Positions 30,138-40,697 of a DNA stretch of 53,314 bases are shown in pieces. A program made the position numbers and the translations under genes. Each line of letters starts with the position of its first letter. Positions within the stretch are counted from its first letter, which is position 1. The notes beneath the pieces are model-generated. The model saw only the letters and a list, made by a program, of their open reading frames with translations. It was not told the origin of the DNA and ran no database searches. The stretch spans positions 1 to 53,314 of the forward strand of contig DPOH01000325.1 of the NCBI GenBank assembly GCA_003539755.1, written 5' to 3'. The DNA is from Clostridium sp. (GTDB lineage: Bacteria > Bacillota > Clostridia > Clostridiales > Clostridiaceae).

Positions 30138-30959
30138 CTATAGCCATGTTATATCAGCCTTTTTTCTTGGTACAGTTCGTTTATAAACGACATTAGGATA
30201 TCCGATTACCATACATGTAACAAGCTTTCTGCCATCTTTTATGTTTAAAAAATCCATAATTTCTTTGTTATCTTTAGCAGCTACTTGGAAGAATCCATTA
30301 AAGAAAGTTCCAAGGCCTAATGTATCAACCATAAGCTCCATGTTTGAGGAAGCTAAAGCGCCATTTAATTCATTCTTAGCAGTTACTATTATAATAACAG
30401 GTGCATTAAAAAATAATCTGTCATGTTTTCCAGGGTCACCTTTGTGTGCTAAATACATTTTGGTCCATAAGTTAGCATAGCGTTCTAAGGGCTTTAATTC
30501 AGGAGACATATTATCTAAGATATGTTGCCCTTTTTTATTTAATATTTCATAAGTCATTTCTTTAAGTTCATCTAGTTTATCAGATACAACTATATATGAA
30601 ACATCCTGACTATTAGTTCCAGTTTGAGTAAACCTGCCTGCTTCAATAATTTTTTCAATCTTTTCTTTTTCTACAGGTTTATTTTTAAAGCGTCTTACGC
30701 TTCTTCTGAATTTTATATAGTTTAAAAGTCTTTCAGCTGGTATTTCAAAAGTTTCTTTATCAAATTCAAGTACTTCATCCATATCATAGTCATCAGTAGC
30801 TACAGCTTTAACAGGACATATAGCTACACAATGTCCACATTTTATACAAGCTTCATTTTTTACGTGTGCTTTTCCATCCTTTAAATATATATCGCCAGTA
30901 GGACAGTCTTTTATACATTGCATACAAGCGATACACTTATCTCTATCTACAAAAAACAT
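30138..30959 (-). CDS. Nitroreductase with N-terminal 2x[4Fe-4S] ferredoxin domain
   Basis: CIACMQCIKDCP, CIKCGHCVAICP, RRSVRRF, IGYP; ATG 30959 preceded by AAGGAG. Confidence 0.9.
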   Translation of the reverse strand: MFFVDRDKCIACMQCIKDCPTGDIYLKDGKAHVKNEACIKCGHCVAICPVKAVATDDYDMDEVLEFDKETFEIPAERLLNYIKFRRSVRRFKNKPVEKEKIEKIIEAGRFTQTGTNSQDVSYIVVSDKLDELKEMTYEILNKKGQHILDNMSPELKPLERYANLWTKMYLAHKGDPGKHDRLFFNAPVIIIVTAKNELNGALASSNMELMVDTLGLGTFFNGFFQVAAKDNKEIMDFLNIKDGRKLVTCMVIGYPNVVYKRTVPRKKADITWL

Positions 30960-30981
30960 TAATATCATCTCCTTGGTTATT

Positions 30982-32214
30982 TTACAATTTAGTATGTGCA
31001 ATAATAAGGGGATTAATTAATAAAAAATCACATAATAAGCGGATGCAAAGTTTACTATCATTTAAGTCATAACCAGTTATTTCTCTAATTTTATTAAGCC
31101 TGTAAAGTAAAGTATTTCTGTGAATATTTAAGTCATTAGATGCTTTGGTAGTATTGCAAAAACATAATATATAGGATTTTAATGTTTTATAGTATTCTGT
31201 TTGATGTATATAATCTATATTTTTTAGCTTTATTAAAATAGGATTTTTAGTATATCTACTACTCATGTTAACTTGGGCAGACTTGAAAATATCTGAAATT
31301 ATTACATTATTGTAATGACAAAATTTTGATGAATTATCATCGGATAACATGAAAGCAAATTTCGCTTGTTCACAATACATTTTTATATCAAATAAATCAT
31401 CAAAAATATTACTAAAACCAAACTTAAATCCAAAAGTATTTATAGAATTTAAAATAAAATTTTTTATAGATTTTTCATATTCATATGACGAAATAGCCAA
31501 AACTTTATGGCAAAGTACATATAAGCTTTTATCAATAATACAACAATACATATTAGCATGCTTGTTAAGTATAATATTTTTTATTTGCTGAAGATAAACT
31601 ATATTATTTGATCCATCATTTACTTCAGTATAAAATACTAAATAATTTCCACTCATTTTTATATTATTGACAGCTAGAGCATGAGTAAGTTTTTCTTTTG
31701 TGTCTAACCTTCCAAGAATTAAGCTTTCTATAAAATAATCTAATTGCTTATAAGATAGATTTACTTTAGTGCTATTGTTAAGAAGTAAAATTGATGTTGC
31801 CTTTGAAATAATCTTAAGAACATCTATAAGATTTTCGTCATATGGAGTTTCTTCAAAAAGGATACAAAGATATCCTAAAATTTTATTATCCATTTTGCAA
31901 GTAAGTGCGATTCTAGGGATGATTTTTCCTATCCCATAGTCTATAAAAAGGATGTCATCATTAACATCTAAATCCTTTTGATAATTACCTTTACTTAATT
32001 CTAGGACCATATCATAAGGTACAATATTATTATTATATAAACTATCCCAAAGGGGATCGTTCAGCTTCTTTCTCGGAAATATTCCGATTACATTATAACA
32101 AACATCCACAAGAGAAATGGGATTTTTTAAGATAGAATATGCTAATTCTAAAAAATTATTTATATTATTTGAATATACTGCTTCTAATAATGTTTTATAT
32201 AAATTAATACTCAT
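30982..32214 (-). CDS. PucR/CdaR-family transcriptional regulator
   Basis: C-terminal HTH ASNDLNIHRNTLLYRLNKI. Confidence 0.85.
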   Translation of the reverse strand: MSINLYKTLLEAVYSNNINNFLELAYSILKNPISLVDVCYNVIGIFPRKKLNDPLWDSLYNNNIVPYDMVLELSKGNYQKDLDVNDDILFIDYGIGKIIPRIALTCKMDNKILGYLCILFEETPYDENLIDVLKIISKATSILLLNNSTKVNLSYKQLDYFIESLILGRLDTKEKLTHALAVNNIKMSGNYLVFYTEVNDGSNNIVYLQQIKNIILNKHANMYCCIIDKSLYVLCHKVLAISSYEYEKSIKNFILNSINTFGFKFGFSNIFDDLFDIKMYCEQAKFAFMLSDDNSSKFCHYNNVIISDIFKSAQVNMSSRYTKNPILIKLKNIDYIHQTEYYKTLKSYILCFCNTTKASNDLNIHRNTLLYRLNKIREITGYDLNDSKLCIRLLCDFLLINPLIIAHTKL

Positions 32215-32392
32215 AATTTTGCCTCTTTGGTAAAAGTAATATTAAAATAATTATATATTAATTTGTTGAAATACACAAAAATTCAAAATATTTTTGTGCT
32301 ATCTAACATTGTAATATGCTTGTGTAAACGATAAAATTACATTGTGTTAAATAATTAACAAATAAAAAGATATATTTAGGAGAGTGTTATTA

Positions 32393-34336
32393 ATGAATAA
32401 GTATAAAAATTTATTTACACCATTTAAAATAGGTAATATGGAAGTTAAAAATAGAATAGTAATGTCACCTATGGGAACTAATAGTGCTCATATTGATGGA
32501 ACAATCGCTGATGATGAAATAACTTATTACGAAGAAAGAGCTAAGGGTGGAACAGGAATGATAATTATGGGATGCCAATTTATTAATCCAGAATTGGCTC
32601 AAGGTTCTTTAGAAGGAGTTTTAGAAAAACCATACGTAATCCCTCAATTATCAACTCTTATTGAAGCATGCCACAGATGGGGAGCTAAAGTATGTTGCCA
32701 ACTTAGCTGTGGAACAGGTAGAAATGCATTTCCTAACATGTTTGGGGAACCACCTTTTTCAAGTTCTGCTACGCCATCTACATATAATCCAGAAGTAAAA
32801 TGTCGTCCTCTTTCAAAAGATGATATTAAAAATATAATGAATCAATTTAAGCAAAGCTCATCTATTGCAAAAAATGCAGGATATGATGCCATTGAAGTGC
32901 ATGCACATGCAGGATATTTAATTGATCAATTTATGTCTCCAGTATGGAACTTAAGAACTGATGAATATGGTGGAAGTGCTGAAAATAGAATGAGATTTGC
33001 TGTTGAAATAGTAGAAGCTATAAAAGAAGGTGCAGGAAAAGATATGCCTGTATTATTCAGAATAGCATTGGACCACTTATTTGAGGGAGGAAGAACTCTT
33101 GAAGAAAGCATGGAATTAATTAAAATCTTAGAAAAGGCAGGAGTAGATGCTATAGATGTAGATGCTGGTTGTTATGAAAGAATAGATTATATATTCCCAA
33201 CAGCATATCTAGGAGATGCGTGTATGGAATATGTATGTGAAGAAGCAAGAAAGAATGTTTCTATTCCTATATTAAATTCAGGAAATCATACACCAGAAAC
33301 TGCAGTTAGACTTATAGAATCTGGTAATGCTGATTTTGTTATGTTTGGTAGACAATTAATAGCAGATCCATATATGGCAAATAAATTAATGAATAATCAT
33401 CCTGAAGATGTAAGACCATGTATAAGATGTAATGAAGAATGCGTAGGAAGAATAGTTACAAAACTTTCTAAAACAAGTTGTGCTGTTAATCCTGCATCAT
33501 GTGAAGAAGCAAGATTTAAGATTGTTAAAGGTGATACAAAGAAAAAAGTTGTAGTTATAGGTGCAGGTCCAGCAGGACTTGAAGCAGCAAGAGTAGCAGC
33601 ATTAGAAGGACATGATGTTACTATTTTTGAAAAAGATTCTAAGGTTGGAGGACAACTTTTAGCAGCAGCAACTCCAAATTTTAAAAATCAACTTAAGAAA
33701 TTAATAAAATGGTATGAAGTTCAATTAAATAAATTAGGAGTTACATTAATACCTAATAAAGAAGTGAGAGCTGAAGATAAAATTCTTGAAGAATGTGATA
33801 ATATAATTGTTGCTACAGGTGCTAAACCAGTAGAATTAAATATAAAAGGTATTAATAATGAAAATGTTATTAATGTAATTGAAGCACATAAAAATAAAGA
33901 AAAAATTAAAGGAGATAAAATAGTAATCTGTGGTGGTGGATTATCAGGGTGTGATAGTGCAATTGAATTAGCTAGTGAACATAATAAAAAAGTTACAATT
34001 GTTGAAATGGCAGATGCAATTGCTAAAGATGTATTGTTCATAAATAATGTATCTATACAAGTTAGAATAAAAGAATTAGGAATTGAAGTATATACAAATT
34101 CAAAAGTAACAGAATTTACTGATAAGGGAGTTTTAATTGAAAAAATAGATGGAACTTCTGAATTAATACAAGCAGATACAATAGTAACTGCATTTGGTAT
34201 GAAACCTGATAATAGCATTGCAAATGAAATAAGAAATCGTTACTATAATAAAACAAGAATTGTAGGAGATGTTGAAAAGGTAGGAAAAGTTGCTACAGCT
34301 GTAAGAAGTGGATTTTATGCAGGATTAAGCCTTTAG
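32393..34336 (+). CDS. Fe-S flavoenzyme, NADH:flavin oxidoreductase/old yellow enzyme family
   Basis: KNRIVMSPM, EVHAHAGYL, RTDEYGGS, CIRCNEEC...CAVN, GAGPAG, GGGLSG. Confidence 0.9.
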   Translation: MNKYKNLFTPFKIGNMEVKNRIVMSPMGTNSAHIDGTIADDEITYYEERAKGGTGMIIMGCQFINPELAQGSLEGVLEKPYVIPQLSTLIEACHRWGAKVCCQLSCGTGRNAFPNMFGEPPFSSSATPSTYNPEVKCRPLSKDDIKNIMNQFKQSSSIAKNAGYDAIEVHAHAGYLIDQFMSPVWNLRTDEYGGSAENRMRFAVEIVEAIKEGAGKDMPVLFRIALDHLFEGGRTLEESMELIKILEKAGVDAIDVDAGCYERIDYIFPTAYLGDACMEYVCEEARKNVSIPILNSGNHTPETAVRLIESGNADFVMFGRQLIADPYMANKLMNNHPEDVRPCIRCNEECVGRIVTKLSKTSCAVNPASCEEARFKIVKGDTKKKVVVIGAGPAGLEAARVAALEGHDVTIFEKDSKVGGQLLAAATPNFKNQLKKLIKWYEVQLNKLGVTLIPNKEVRAEDKILEECDNIIVATGAKPVELNIKGINNENVINVIEAHKNKEKIKGDKIVICGGGLSGCDSAIELASEHNKKVTIVEMADAIAKDVLFINNVSIQVRIKELGIEVYTNSKVTEFTDKGVLIEKIDGTSELIQADTIVTAFGMKPDNSIANEIRNRYYNKTRIVGDVEKVGKVATAVRSGFYAGLSL

Positions 34337-34389
34337 GATTAAAAAAGTAAAAGGCTATATTAAAATAACATTTTTTATTAGATGTAAAT

Positions 34390-34425
34390 AAAAAATTAGG
34401 ATTCATAATTGAATCCTAATTTTTT
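34390..34425. terminator. Bidirectional terminator
   Basis: AAAAAATTAGGATTCA-taat-TGAATCCTAATTTTTT. Confidence 0.8.
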
Positions 34426-34439
34426 ATAAAGTATACTTT

Positions 34440-36890
34440 TTATTTAACAACTATATTAACAAGTCTTCCTTTGATAACAATAACTTTTACAATATTCTTA
34501 CCAGCAGTAGCTTCTTTAATATTATCATTTTCAAGAGCAGCAGCTTTGATTCCTTCTTCATCTAAGTTTGATGAAATCATGATTTTTGCTTTGATTTTTC
34601 CATTAACTTGGATAGCTATTTCAACTTCATCCTTAACTAAAGCAGATGGGTCGAATTCTGGTAATCTTTCATTGAATACACTTGTAGTATTTCCAAGTAA
34701 GCTCCATTCTTCTTCAGCAAAGTGAGGTGCAAATGGTGCTAATAATTTGATAAAATCAGTTAAAGTTTCTTTTAAGAATACTGGATTCTTAACACCTTCT
34801 TGAAGATATTTGTTAAGAGCATTAGTAAGCTCCATAAGTCTTGCTATAGCTGTGTTGAATTGCATTTTATCTGTATCTTCAGTAACACCCTTAATTGCAG
34901 TATGTTTCCAGAAGTTTAATTCTTTTTCAGCGGCATCTATAGTTGTCTTTGTATTTTCAGTAGAATTTATAACTTCTCTTGAAGCTTCAAAAAGTCTTTC
35001 TATTCTATCAACAAATTTAGATACAGATTTAATTCCATCATCACTCCAAGCTCCACCTTCAGTGTATGCAAATCCAAACATTAAGTACATTCTGAATACA
35101 TCAGCACCATATTGTTTAATGTAGTCATCTGGAGAAATAGTGTTTCCTTTTGATTTACTCATTTTAAGTCCGTCTGGTCCAAGAATTAATCCTTGGTGAG
35201 TTAAGCTCTTAAATGGTTCATCAAAGTTTAAGTATCCCATATCTCTTAATGCTTTAGTGACGAATCTTGCATATAATAAGTGCATACATGCATGTTCTGG
35301 ACCACCAACATATTTATCAACTGGAAGAATCTTATTAATTAATTCAGGATTAAATGCTTCCTTATCATTTTTGTTATCTGGATATCTTAAGTAATACCAT
35401 GAAGAGCATACGAAAGTATCTAATGTATCAACTTCTCTCTTTGCAGGTTTACCACAGCAAGGGCAAGTTGTATTAACGAATTCTTCACATTTTGCTAATG
35501 GAGATTTTCCGTCTGGAGTAAATTCTACATTGTATGGTAATTTAACTGGAAGGTCTTTTTCAGGTACTGGAACTATTCCACAGTCATCACAGTAGATTAC
35601 TGGAATTGGAGCTCCCCAGTATCTTTGTCTAGATACAAGCCAGTCTCTTAATCTGAAGTTAACCTTCATAGCACCAAGCTTATCTTTTTCTAATTCTTCT
35701 ACGATAGCCTTTTTAGCTTCATCAGTAGTTAATCCATCAAATTTTCCAGAGTTAATTAATATTCCATGTTCACAGAATGGAAGTTCAGGTTCATTTCCTA
35801 CTTTATCAGTTATAACTCTTTGGATTGGTAATTCGAATTTAGTTGCGAAAGCAAAGTCTCTTTCATCATGTGCAGGAACAGCCATAACGCATCCTGTACC
35901 ATATGTAGCTAATACATAATCAGCAATCCAAATTGGAACTACTTTACCGTTAATAGGGTTTATTGCATATGAACCAGTGAATACACCAGTCTTTTCTTTA
36001 GAAGAAGATTGTCTTTCAATATCAGTTTGCTTAGCAGCCTCTTCTTTATATTTTTCAACAGCTTCTTTATATTCAGGAAGTGTTAATTCATCTACTAATT
36101 TATTTTCTGGAGCTAAAACAACATAGCTTACACCATTTAAAGTATCAACTCTTGTTGTGAATACATCAAATGATAAATCTGAATCTTTAACCTTAAATGT
36201 AACTTGTGCACCGTAAGATCTTCCAATCCAGTGTTTTTGCATTGCTTTAGTTTTTTCTGGCCAGTCTAAGCCATCGATCATATCTAATAATTCATCAGCA
36301 TAATCAGTAATTTTGAAGAACCATTGAGTTAAATCTTTTTTAGTAACAACAGTTCCACATCTTTCACATTCACCATCAACAACTTGTTCGTTAGCTAAAA
36401 CTGTGTTACAAGATGGACACCAATTTACTGGAGCTTTCTTTCTGTAAGCTAATCCTTTTTCATATAATTTTAAGAATAGCCATTGAGTCCATTTGTAGTA
36501 ATCAGGAAGACAAGTGATTATTTCATTTTCCCAGTTAAACATTGCACCCATAGATTTTAATTGTTTTTCCATTGTTTCAATGTTCTTTAATGTTGAATCT
36601 TGTGGATGAATACCAGTTTTTATTGCATAGTTTTCAGCTGGTAAACCAAATGCATCAAATCCCATTGGTTGGAATACATTGTATCCTTGCATTCTTTTGA
36701 ATCTAGCCCATGAATCTGTTGGACCATAGTTGAACCAGTGTCCAGCGTGTAATTGAGCGCCTGATGGATAAGAGAACATTTCAAGTGTATAAAGTTTCTT
36801 ATCTAAGTTAGTAGGGTCGAATTTGTAAGTTTCATTTTCTTCCCAAATCTTTTGCCATTTTTCATCGATTTTAGTACTGTAATTTCCCAT
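34440..36890 (-). CDS. leuS: Leucine--tRNA ligase
   Basis: [30 protein letters not shown]; ATG 36890 preceded by GGAGG; Leu T-box upstream. Confidence 0.97.
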   Translation of the reverse strand: MGNYSTKIDEKWQKIWEENETYKFDPTNLDKKLYTLEMFSYPSGAQLHAGHWFNYGPTDSWARFKRMQGYNVFQPMGFDAFGLPAENYAIKTGIHPQDSTLKNIETMEKQLKSMGAMFNWENEIITCLPDYYKWTQWLFLKLYEKGLAYRKKAPVNWCPSCNTVLANEQVVDGECERCGTVVTKKDLTQWFFKITDYADELLDMIDGLDWPEKTKAMQKHWIGRSYGAQVTFKVKDSDLSFDVFTTRVDTLNGVSYVVLAPENKLVDELTLPEYKEAVEKYKEEAAKQTDIERQSSSKEKTGVFTGSYAINPINGKVVPIWIADYVLATYGTGCVMAVPAHDERDFAFATKFELPIQRVITDKVGNEPELPFCEHGILINSGKFDGLTTDEAKKAIVEELEKDKLGAMKVNFRLRDWLVSRQRYWGAPIPVIYCDDCGIVPVPEKDLPVKLPYNVEFTPDGKSPLAKCEEFVNTTCPCCGKPAKREVDTLDTFVCSSWYYLRYPDNKNDKEAFNPELINKILPVDKYVGGPEHACMHLLYARFVTKALRDMGYLNFDEPFKSLTHQGLILGPDGLKMSKSKGNTISPDDYIKQYGADVFRMYLMFGFAYTEGGAWSDDGIKSVSKFVDRIERLFEASREVINSTENTKTTIDAAEKELNFWKHTAIKGVTEDTDKMQFNTAIARLMELTNALNKYLQEGVKNPVFLKETLTDFIKLLAPFAPHFAEEEWSLLGNTTSVFNERLPEFDPSALVKDEVEIAIQVNGKIKAKIMISSNLDEEGIKAAALENDNIKEATAGKNIVKVIVIKGRLVNIVVK

Positions 36891-36907
36891 TTTAAACCTC
36901 CAATATT

Positions 36908-37105
36908 TAGTTGATAGTTGATACCCTCTTGTGGGGTACTCTGTGAGCAATTGATAGTTGATAGTTTAAGGATGATTTTACTAACGTAAAATCTTTAAAT
37001 AATAAAGCTGTAGATTTTGCTTTGCAAAATTGATGCATATATTATAATTAAAAGCTGAAAGTCTTTTGGTCTTAATTATCACTTGTCAATTGTCGATTGT
37101 AATTG
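36908..37105. repeat. About 200-bp palindromic interspersed (REP/MITE-like) element in the leuS leader
   Basis: TTGATAG repeats at left end, complementary TTGTCAATTGTC-type repeats at right end; internal hairpins GATTTTAC-TAAC-GTAAAATC and ATTTTGC-TTT-GCAAAAT. Confidence 0.55.
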
Positions 37106-37114
37106 TTTTTGTAT

Positions 37115-37345
37115 AAAAAAAGCCCTCGTCTCTTGTAAGAGACGAAAGCATAGTTTCCGTGGTACCACTCTTATTAAAAGAATTATAATAAATTCTTTTC
37201 ACTTAATACTTTAACGGGTTTACCGTATCTGTTTCTTAGGCAGATAAGCTCCTAGACAAGTTCATAATAATATAACGTTATTTTACACCAGCCAATAACT
37301 CTCTTAAGATATAAATATTACTACTACTTCTATTCAATGCTTTTA
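37115..37345 (-). ncRNA. T-box riboswitch (Leu) upstream of leuS
   Basis: Minus strand: AGAGAG and GCTGGTG stem I motifs, specifier GAA-CUU (37258-37260), T-box AAGAGTGGTACCACGG (37157-37172), terminator TCGTCTCTT-ac-AAGAGACGA...TTTTTTT. Confidence 0.92.
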
Positions 37346-37360
37346 TACAATTTTAGAACT

Positions 37361-37389
37361 ATTATATATTAAAATTTACAATAAATCAA
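37361..37389 (-). promoter_or_regulatory. sigmaA promoter of the leuS leader
   Basis: TTGATT, 17 bp spacer, TATAAT on the minus strand. Confidence 0.7.
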
Positions 37390-37574
37390 GGATTGAGAGG
37401 TTGTATAAAGCTACAAAATATAATAGAAGGTTTAAATGTATATTATGTTTTTAAATTTTTAAAATTTATCTTGTACCCAATATGATAAAATAAGAATTAT
37501 ATGATATATTAAAGAATATCAATAAATATTAGGGATATTAGAATTTATAAATTACTAACAAAGGAAGTGATGGT

Positions 37575-39011
37575 ATGGATTTGCTGTTAGCGTTAGGTAT
37601 GATAGTTTTAATACTAAATGTATTCTTTTCCTTCTCGCTTATTTTTATTGAAAGAAAAGATCCAACTACAACATGGGCATGGCTACTTATACTAATTGTA
37701 TTACCAGGGATAGGATTTATAATTTATTTATTGTTTGGTCAGAATTTAAGCAGACAGAAGATGTTTAAAGAGAAAACCATAAGTGATGCCAAAAAGAGAA
37801 AAATATTAAATGATATGATGCATGAATCTAGTATATCTTCTCATGATGGGGGAGAAAAGTTTGCTGATCTTAGAAAAATGAATTTTAATGATTCAGGAGC
37901 AAAATATAGGATAAATAATGATATTGATGTATATGTAAATGGTGAAGATAAATTTAAGCAACTTTTAGAAGATATAAGAAATGCTAAAAAATATATACAC
38001 ATTGAATACTATATATTCAAAAAAGATATATTAGGAGAACAAATAATTAAGGAATTAACTAAGAAGGCACAAGAAGGATTAGAAGTAAGGCTTCTTGTAG
38101 ATGCAATGGGATCAAGGAAATTAACTAAGAAAGTATTAAAGAAATATATTTCAGCAGGTGGAAAATTTTCATTGTTTTTCCCAGGAATAATTCCTCATTT
38201 AAATACTCGTGTTAATTATAGAAACCATAGAAAAATAGTTGTTATTGATGGTAAATATGGTTATGTAGGTGGATTTAATGTAGGAAAAGAATATATAAAT
38301 AAAGATAATAGGGTAGGATTTTGGAGAGACACTCATGTAAGAATTAATGGTGAATCAGTAGATGATTTAAATGCAAGATTTTTAATGGACTGGTGCTATG
38401 CTTCTGGAGAAGTAATAGAAAGTTATCGAAAGTATATGATAAAGGAAAAAGAAAAAGTTGGGGATATAGGTATACAGATTGTTACAAGTGGGCCAGACCA
38501 TGAGGAACCATACATAAGAAATGCTTATATTAAGATAATTAATAATGCAAAGAAAAATGTATATTTAGAAACACCTTATTTTGTGCCAGATTCACCAGTG
38601 CTTGAAGCTTTAAAAATATCTGCTTTATCTGGAACAGATGTAAGAATAATGATTCCAGGTAAGCCAGACCATTTCTTTATGGGATGGGCAGCAAGCTCAT
38701 ATATTGGAGAGTTATTAGAAGCAGGCGTAAAGGTATATGCTTATACTAAAGGTTTTATACATGCTAAAACAATGGTAGCAGATAGTCTTGTTATGAGTAT
38801 TGGGACTGCTAATATGGACATAAGAAGTTTTAAACTAAACTTTGAGGTAAATGCATTTATTTATGATGATAGAGTTGCTAAAAATGGTGAAGAGCAATTT
38901 ATGAAAGACATGAAAGATTGTTATGAAATAACTAAAGAAATGCATGAAAGCAGAAGTGGCATTTTGAAAATTAAGGAATCAATCATAAGGTTATTATCAC
39001 CTATTTTATAG
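37575..39011 (+). CDS. cls: Cardiolipin synthase
   Basis: Two N-terminal TM helices; two HKD motifs (HRKIVVID, HAKTMVAD). Confidence 0.95.
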   Translation: MDLLLALGMIVLILNVFFSFSLIFIERKDPTTTWAWLLILIVLPGIGFIIYLLFGQNLSRQKMFKEKTISDAKKRKILNDMMHESSISSHDGGEKFADLRKMNFNDSGAKYRINNDIDVYVNGEDKFKQLLEDIRNAKKYIHIEYYIFKKDILGEQIIKELTKKAQEGLEVRLLVDAMGSRKLTKKVLKKYISAGGKFSLFFPGIIPHLNTRVNYRNHRKIVVIDGKYGYVGGFNVGKEYINKDNRVGFWRDTHVRINGESVDDLNARFLMDWCYASGEVIESYRKYMIKEKEKVGDIGIQIVTSGPDHEEPYIRNAYIKIINNAKKNVYLETPYFVPDSPVLEALKISALSGTDVRIMIPGKPDHFFMGWAASSYIGELLEAGVKVYAYTKGFIHAKTMVADSLVMSIGTANMDIRSFKLNFEVNAFIYDDRVAKNGEEQFMKDMKDCYEITKEMHESRSGILKIKESIIRLLSPIL

Positions 39012-39222
39012 GAAAATATTTAAATAATCAGAAATAAAAAATATTAAATGATATTTGAAAAATATATATTATAAAGTAAGGTTATGTTATAGGATTATAA
39101 ATTTTTATAATTAACACTTTATTATTTATTAATGAATTATTTGTAGTGATTTTAATAAAAAGCTAAAATGTTGATAAATGATTAAAAAATATAAAAATTT
39201 CATATTAAATTGTCAATAAACA

Positions 39223-39250
39223 TTGACAATTTATCTCAATTTGTTATAAT
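39223..39250 (+). promoter_or_regulatory. Consensus sigmaA promoter of the aro operon leader
   Basis: TTGACA, 16 bp spacer, TG-n-TATAAT. Confidence 0.8.
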
Positions 39251-39289
39251 GGTAAAAACAATCGATTTTACAAAGAATGGAGAAAAGAC

Positions 39290-39427
39290 ATGAAAAAGGA
39301 TATTAATAAATCAGCAATGCAAAATTTTTATAGCTTTTTTAGTTTTATATTCTGGGGCTTTTATTTTAGCGCTGGCTATTTATTTTGCAAAAAACTGAAT
39401 AATAATAACCTTTTAATGAGTGTTTAA
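39290..39427 (+). CDS. Putative attenuator leader peptide (45 aa, Phe/Tyr/Trp-rich)
   Basis: MKKDINKSAMQNFYSFFSFIFWGFYFSAGYLFCKKLNNNNLLMSV; GGAG 7 nt before ATG; lies between promoter and terminator. Confidence 0.75.
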   Translation: MKKDINKSAMQNFYSFFSFIFWGFYFSAGYLFCKKLNNNNLLMSV

Positions 39428-39471
39428 AGTTTTAATAATTTATAGTAAAAATCTTAAGTTGTAATGTATAT

Positions 39472-39507
39472 AAGATAGAGCTCATTAATATAGGGGCTCT
39501 ATTTTTT
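39472..39507 (+). terminator. Attenuator terminator upstream of the aro operon
   Basis: ATAGAGCTC-attaatatag-GGGCTCTAT followed by a T run; 5' arm can instead pair with 39413-39426. Confidence 0.75.
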
Positions 39508-39614
39508 ATAATCAGAAATTGATAAAACATATAATTAGAGAAAAGCAAAATGACTACTGCTTATACCTATTAATTATTTATTTTCTTTGTAAATAAATTA
39601 AGGGGGCTTTATAA

Positions 39615-40628
39615 ATGATCGTAATATTAAAACAAAATGTAAAACAAGAAGAAATTAATAAATTAACTAAACAAATTGAATCTAAGGGCCTTATAGTAAA
39701 TCCAGTAATAGGTACTGAAAAGAGTGTTTTAGGGTTAGTTGGAGATACAACACAAATAGATCCTTCAATTATAGAAGCAAGTGAAATTGTGGAAAATGTT
39801 ATGCATGTTCAAGAACCATTTAAAAAGGCTAATAGAATGTTTCATCCAGATCCAACAATTGTTGATGTTAATGGGGTGAAAATAGGTGGAAAGAAAATTG
39901 CAATGATAGCTGGGCCATGTTCAGTAGAAAATGAAGAACAAATAGTAGAGATAGCAGAAGAAGTTAAGGAAATAGGGGCTAATTTCTTAAGAGGTGGTGC
40001 TTTTAAGCCAAGAACATCACCATATGCATTTCAAGGATTGAAATATGAAGGACTAGAATTATTAAAGAAAGCTAAAGAAAAAACAGGTCTTCCAATAGTT
40101 ACAGAATTAATGTCACCTTATGATATTGAAACCTTTGTAGAAAATGTTGATGTGATTCAGGTTGGAGCTAGAAATATGCAGAATTTCGAACTTCTAAAGG
40201 AATTGGGAAAAATTAATAAACCAATTTTATTAAAGAGAGGATTATCTGCAACTATAGAAGAATGGTTAATGTCTGCTGAATATATTATGGCTGGTGGAAA
40301 TGAAAATGTAATTTTATGTGAAAGAGGAATAAGAACATTTGAAACTTATACAAGAAACACTTTAGACTTAAGTGCTATACCAGCAGTTAAAAAATTAAGC
40401 CATTTACCTGTTATAGTAGATCCAAGTCATGCTGCAGGAAAGTACTGGATGGTTGAACCTCTTGCAAAAGCAGCTGTTGCTGTAGGTGCTGATGGGCTTA
40501 TAATAGAAGTGCACAATGATCCAGCTAATGCATTATGTGATGGACCACAATCTATAAAACCTAAAAATTACGCTAAGTTAGTTGAAGAGCTAAGGGTTAT
40601 TGCTAATGCAGTAGGAAGAGAGATTTAA
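39615..40628 (+). CDS. aroF: DAHP synthase type I-beta with N-terminal ACT-like domain (paralog 1)
   Basis: AGPCSVE, GGAFKPRTSPY, GARNMQNF, DPSH. Confidence 0.95.
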   Translation: MIVILKQNVKQEEINKLTKQIESKGLIVNPVIGTEKSVLGLVGDTTQIDPSIIEASEIVENVMHVQEPFKKANRMFHPDPTIVDVNGVKIGGKKIAMIAGPCSVENEEQIVEIAEEVKEIGANFLRGGAFKPRTSPYAFQGLKYEGLELLKKAKEKTGLPIVTELMSPYDIETFVENVDVIQVGARNMQNFELLKELGKINKPILLKRGLSATIEEWLMSAEYIMAGGNENVILCERGIRTFETYTRNTLDLSAIPAVKKLSHLPVIVDPSHAAGKYWMVEPLAKAAVAVGADGLIIEVHNDPANALCDGPQSIKPKNYAKLVEELRVIANAVGREI

Positions 40629-40697
40629 TTTAACTAGATTTAATACTAGAAATAATAAGTATTAAGTATTTTATATATAAAAGTTAGGAGGATACCA

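Noticed and set aside
32323-32336. cre-like TGTAAACGATAAAA upstream of the flavoenzyme
   Set aside because: Lacks the terminal CA and may simply overlap the -10 region; too weak to call.
36891-36950. 20-aa N-terminal extension of LeuS in the ORF track
   Set aside because: The GGAGG RBS supports ATG 36890; the extension is read from the repeat element.
39250-39614. T-box or TRAP control of the aro operon
   Set aside because: No TGGTACC/GGTGG T-box motif, no stem I signatures and no spaced (G/T)AG repeat series were seen.
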